NCBI GenBank assembly: GCA_002269645.1
Contig: NIVC01001979.1
Location: 124,001 to 188,000 of the forward strand
Source: Macrostomum lignano
Taxonomy: Eukaryota
Reading direction: 5' to 3'
Length of the DNA stretch: 64,000 bases
Position numbers and translations under genes: made by a program. Numbering within the stretch: position 1 is the first letter of the stretch; each line of letters begins with the position of its first letter. Below the pieces are notes generated by a model that saw only the letters and a list, made by a program, of their open reading frames with translations, searched no databases and had not been told where the DNA came from. Below, in pieces: positions 59,278 to 64,000 of the stretch.

Positions 59278-61703
59278 AACAAATAATCAAAAATCATTAT
59301 ATTTACTGTATGCAAAGTGATGAGGACGCACTTTTTCGCAAATTCCACGCTAGCACATGGGCTCTAAACTTGCTAGCCTACTAACAGCAGCTGCTATGGG
59401 CATTTTTCTCCATTTTCTCTAAATTTTCATAGAATTCATACTAATTATATGATCTTGCCATACTAATAGTTATAATAACATAGGCGCGGCTTTTGGGTCA
59501 TAAATCATCGCGTTTGAAGCTGGTCTGACAGCCACCTGCGCCTCACTCAGTGCTGAGACTGGCGCCAGACGGTCTGAGGGGATGCGGGCGGTAGCTTTTT
59601 TCTCATCATTTTGACAGGCCATCAAGATTTGTGAGGTGCTTTAACAGCTATGCGTTTTACCCATAAAAGTACGTTGGGATTAGCGATTAGCGATTTCTCT
59701 TTATTATCTTCACTTTCTACTTAATAAGAGCTAATTTCTAATGTTTCTAATTTTTTCATTAATTTTTGTCATTCCTACGCGACAGGTCATAAATCAATAT
59801 GTAGCGATTTTGATTGATTTATGACCGCACCTGTCGTATTTTTATGGCCCCGAGGGAACTGATAGGATCTCTTGGTCACGTGAGTTTGGGTGGCAACAGA
59901 AAATTCGACGTGCGTTATAACAAATAGGCTCAGCCAATCAGAATCGAGGTGTTCCATTATAACAAATTGCGGTCCAGTTGGCGGCTATTTAAACCGGTGT
60001 TTTTGGCCCACTTGGACTCCAACCGTTGCACTCTCGGGACACTCTCTGGACCATTGCGCTCCACCCGGTTCCACTTCTGGTTCCCGGAGCTCTTGATCCC
60101 CGGATCGCGGCTCCCCCCGTCACCATCAAGGACGAATTCCCCCGGTCGTCAGCAGCGAACATCAAAGTAAAGATCATCACCTGCTAGCTATCTGCGAAGA
60201 TTGTGACATCAGCACCATCCCGGGTCTACAGCTGCGAAGCACTAAGCCGATTCGGTCACTGTGGATTACCTGCATGGTCTCCGGCTGTTGAGTTTCTGAT
60301 TGGTTGGGTGAGAGGCTACCTAGACTTGCTTGATTGGGTGATTCCTTATCTGTCCCCTATTTCAGCAGCTGGATTAGGCGCACACTTTTGTTCATTTTGT
60401 TCAACAGGCAGAAATCACTAATTAATAATACTGTTCGTAGTCTGAAACTCCAATTCAATCTGAGGTGTGAAGTGAATCAGTGAGAAGGTTAAATCTGAGA
60501 GTTATTTTTATCGGTTTTATTTCTTTGTTCGCCGATGGCTCAGATGAGTAGCTAAGCTAGTAGGCGCCGGTCACAGTGGACCAATGGCAAGGCGGTTCTC
60601 AGTCGGTCAATCTATCAAATCAGTGAGCAAAATTGCCAATAGTGCAAAATCGGCGCTAGAGATGTACTCTGTGCACTCTAGGTTTGTCAAGTGGCTCGGG
60701 TAATGAATCATGCGGTCTCTGAGGTTCGAGTTAGTCTATCATCAGCGCTACGAGAGGCTAGTTGGCGCGTTGAAGGCCAAAAGTACAATTCCTCGTATTT
60801 AGCAATGTAATAGTATATGTAGCTACCCCATAATCTCGAGTCTCGCCACTGCAAGAATCCCCTGCACAAGTCTCCTCTGTGTCTGCATTGCCAATGCGAT
60901 CTTAGTCCCAGCAGTGTCCCTTAACATCGGCTATGACTTCGAGATTGACAGCAAAAAGACACTAGTTGGCAGGTAAGTGCTAAGCCCCCTCTAGTCGGAA
61001 GCCCGATTTCGAAAGTTCCGGTTTGGTGAGCCAGAACGCACGGGCTGGTGGCAGCGGGTTAGCTAATCTGCGGATTGGGTAATCTCTACCTTCAAAACTC
61101 TCCCTGCTTGTCTCTCGCTGTCCCTCTCTTAGCTATAGGACCTAAACTGCTCGCCACAGATCAAGCTTCTTGGGGCTGACCATCTGACAGGAGTGGGGGG
61201 CCAGGACTCTAACTGATTTATTTCTGAGACCTGAGGCCCGAAGGCTTCCCCACAAGGGGGCCGAAAGGTCGAAACCATCAAAAGGTACTAATATTACTTG
61301 TATTCCTCATCAATACTTATTGACAAAATTGCGATTCCTGTTTTTTCACTGATTATTTAACATAGCAATATTTTAACCAATGAACATGTAGTAGCGCGCT
61401 ACATGTATACCATCTTTATTTCTCTCATCCAAAGCTCCTTACTCCCTAGAGTCTTAAGGCTCTCCTGCCTGCTGTTCTTGGAGCATGAAGACAATGATAT
61501 GATGCAAAACAGTGTTACATTAATACACACGAAAGTAATTAATACGGAACGTATGATGGATCGAATTAATGCTAAAATGCAAAGATATTGGAATAGTTTA
61601 TAGGATAAGGCCTACCACTGTTAGGTTCTGAGTTATATACACGTACATACGGGCGTACTCGCGTGCATTTTTCAAACATACAGTTAAGTTCAGTACTTTA
61701 GCA

Positions 61704-61917
61704 GGGGCCCATCACAAGCTCGAAAAATCACATCGTCGAAAAGGTTAACAACCACCATCACAAGCTCGAATAGGGTTAGGGTTAGAGCTTGTGCTTAGGG
61801 GTAGGGTTTAGGGTTAGGTTAGGGTTGGGGTTAGGGTTAGAGCTTGTGATTTTTTGAGCTTGTGATGGTGGTTGCTAGACTTTTCGACGATGTGATTTTT
61901 CGAGCTTGTGATGGTGG
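61704..61917. mobile_element. Telomere-core palindromic MITE, copy 2
   Basis: Same arms and TTAGGG-like core as 25181-25686. 8-bp TSD CTTTAGCA at 61696-61703 and 61918-61925. Confidence 0.82.
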
Positions 61918-62463
61918 CTTTAGCACGTAAAATCCTAGAAAAATGCATGGGTTACAATTTCTACACAAAGTACATGTATTAGACTTCTTGCGTATCTTAC
62001 AGTATGCGCGTTTTTGCAATGCCTCAGTGCGGATCAGATATCGGAGCTTGCATATGTTTACGTGTACGTGACGAAATGATGTCGTTCTGAATTCAACTCT
62101 AATTGCTAAATATCCATAAGCTAGTGTTGAGATAGTCAGATAGCAGTTAGATTCCCTTACATCAGGGGTTGACAAACTTATTTACCTCAAGGGTCAGCTA
62201 AATAATCAGCTCACGGCTGCGGGCCAGATAGATGCGAGAGAAGAGGAGAAGGAATAGTAGATGGAAGAGGAAAGAGAAGATGAGAGATAACAGAAAGTGA
62301 GAAGGGAGAGGCGAGAGAGGTGTTTTCGTAGAAATCTATCCGCAGCTTGTTTTTTCACATTTCTCTAATAACAATTGACCCGTATACAACTGCCTGAACA
62401 AGTAATTTTTAAGTATGAACAATCGCATTCTGTTAAGGTAATGATAATTGTTAATGATAACAA

Positions 62464-63290
62464 TTGGACTTCCTTGAGCCATCCTCCGGGGTGCTTCAGG
62501 GAGATACGCTTGCGCCGTTCCTGTTGGTCCTGGTGCTTGACTGGATGCTGCGGACCGCTCTCCCTTCTACCGACGACGGCTTTCTGCTGCAGCGACGCGT
62601 GGGTCGACGCCAACCGGAGAGGCGGCTCAGCGTGCTTGCCTGCTCCGACGGTCTCGTCATGTTGTCGTCGACCGTCGAGGGCGCCCAGCACCAGCTGGAC
62701 CGGCTGGTGAGCGTTTCAGCGAGTGTTGGCCTGGTGGTCAACACTCAGAAGACCGCGTGCTCTGCATGCCTGCCGGACGACATCAAAGCAACTATTTTGT
62801 GCGGACAGGTGACGAGGCTTCCCCGCTGTCAACAGTTTGTCTACCTCGGCGGTCTGGTGCCTGGCGTTTGCGAGGACCTGCGACGCCGCCGTGGACTTGC
62901 CTGGGCTGCCTTCCGTTCCGTGAGGGTCGTCCTGCAGTCTGAGACCCTGCCTGATCGCTAGAGGGCGGCGCTGTTTCAGGCGGTGATCGAGACCGTCCTG
63001 TTGTACAACGCCGAGACCTGGACGCTGACGGATTCGCTCGAACAACTGGTCGATGCGGCGCACGCTGGCCTGCTGCGCGCCGCCTTCAAGATCGGCTACG
63101 AGCGAGTCACCAATGCGGCACTCTATCGCTGCACCGGCCCAGCGAACTGTTGCGCCATCGGCGACTCCAGCTGGTAGGCCTTATTATCCAAGCTGAGTCG
63201 TAGTGCCCGCTGCCGGTGCAGGAGGTGCTGTTGCTCACGCTGCAGGCACCCTACCGGCGGGTGATGCCGGCGCCCCGGACACTGCCGGCG
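62464..63290 (+). mobile_element. 5'-truncated, degenerate RTE-clade LINE fragment (RT C-terminal half)
   Basis: GVLQGDTLAPFL, a mutated YADD region, VGLVVNTQKT, FVYLGG and IETVLLYNAETWTL. Confidence 0.85.
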
Positions 63291-64000
63291 GTGCGCCCTA
63301 TACTGTATAATTTCTGCTAATCACGGTAGCTACGAATATTTGCAATAATTGGTGCAATTGGCATTTTAAAAAATTACAATTTAATTCATCGTTAGTCTGC
63401 TCGCGTGTGAACGAATAAATGAAAGTACGAGCTACATCATAGCTTTAAAAAAACAACTCAAACCAGGCAGTCAGTTGCCAGTCAGCTGAGAGAGGAGTGT
63501 GTTAATTTTATTCCTCGCTTGCTCACCCGTAGGTATGGTGGGAAGGCGCTCCCACCCGCGGGATCGGGGGGGGGCACTCCTTGTCGCGTGCCCAATCCCC
63601 GCTCGCCTCCCGAACCATAAGGCTTCCTCTAACGGAAGGGGGGTTGGCCAAAGCCTCTCACTTTTCCCTGAATTTGTTTTGCTTCATCATTTCAGTCCCG
63701 GCTGCTCAGCTCGGCCTGTCCCTACCTGCCCGCCTTCAGCCAGAGCCATGGCCAAGCTGCCGGAGTCTCCTCAGCGCCTGCAAGCCCAGCCAAGAAGCCG
63801 GTCGTTCAGCGCCTCCCGGGCCTCCTCCCTGCTGGACATGCTCGGCCGGCGCCGATCGAGGATGTTTTCTAAGAAACGCCGGGCTTCGCCCAGGCCAGCG
63901 GATCAGGAAAAGGGTCAGCAGCGGCACAAGCTGACCATCCCACTGCAGATAGTCATCAGCGAGCTGTGCACTGATCGAACTGGTGCCGAGTTCGAAGTTC

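Noticed and set aside
63581-64000. GC-rich ORFs at the window end
   Set aside because: No recognisable motif and truncated by the window edge. I cannot decide between a TE ORF and a host exon.

Overview
Eukaryotic, repeat-rich genomic DNA, most likely from the flatworm Macrostomum lignano or a close relative. The assignment rests on two copies of a sequence matching the Macrostomum spliced leader (SL) as I recall it from the literature; I could not verify this by search. Host genes: two tandem 3-exon secreted phospholipase A2 genes (+), an intronless synaptotagmin-1 (-), MGME1 (-, 2 exons) and TMEM222 (-, 4 exons), plus two unassigned ORFs. Mobile DNA: an RTE LINE copy with both ends intact and an SL at its 5' end (13-bp TSD); a LOA/R1-group LINE inserted in a minisatellite inside PLA2 intron 1; a tRNA-derived SINE; a mariner nested in a decayed Gypsy element; a 10.8-kb foldback element with ~4.6-kb inverted arms and a 7-bp TSD; two palindromic MITEs with telomere-like cores and 8-bp TSDs; and RTE and Tc1 remnants. 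There are about 15 minisatellites, which account for most of the long repetitive ORFs in the track. The most interesting signal is a retrotransposon apparently retroposed from an SL-trans-spliced RNA, with snap-back extensions marking the RNA's 5' end.
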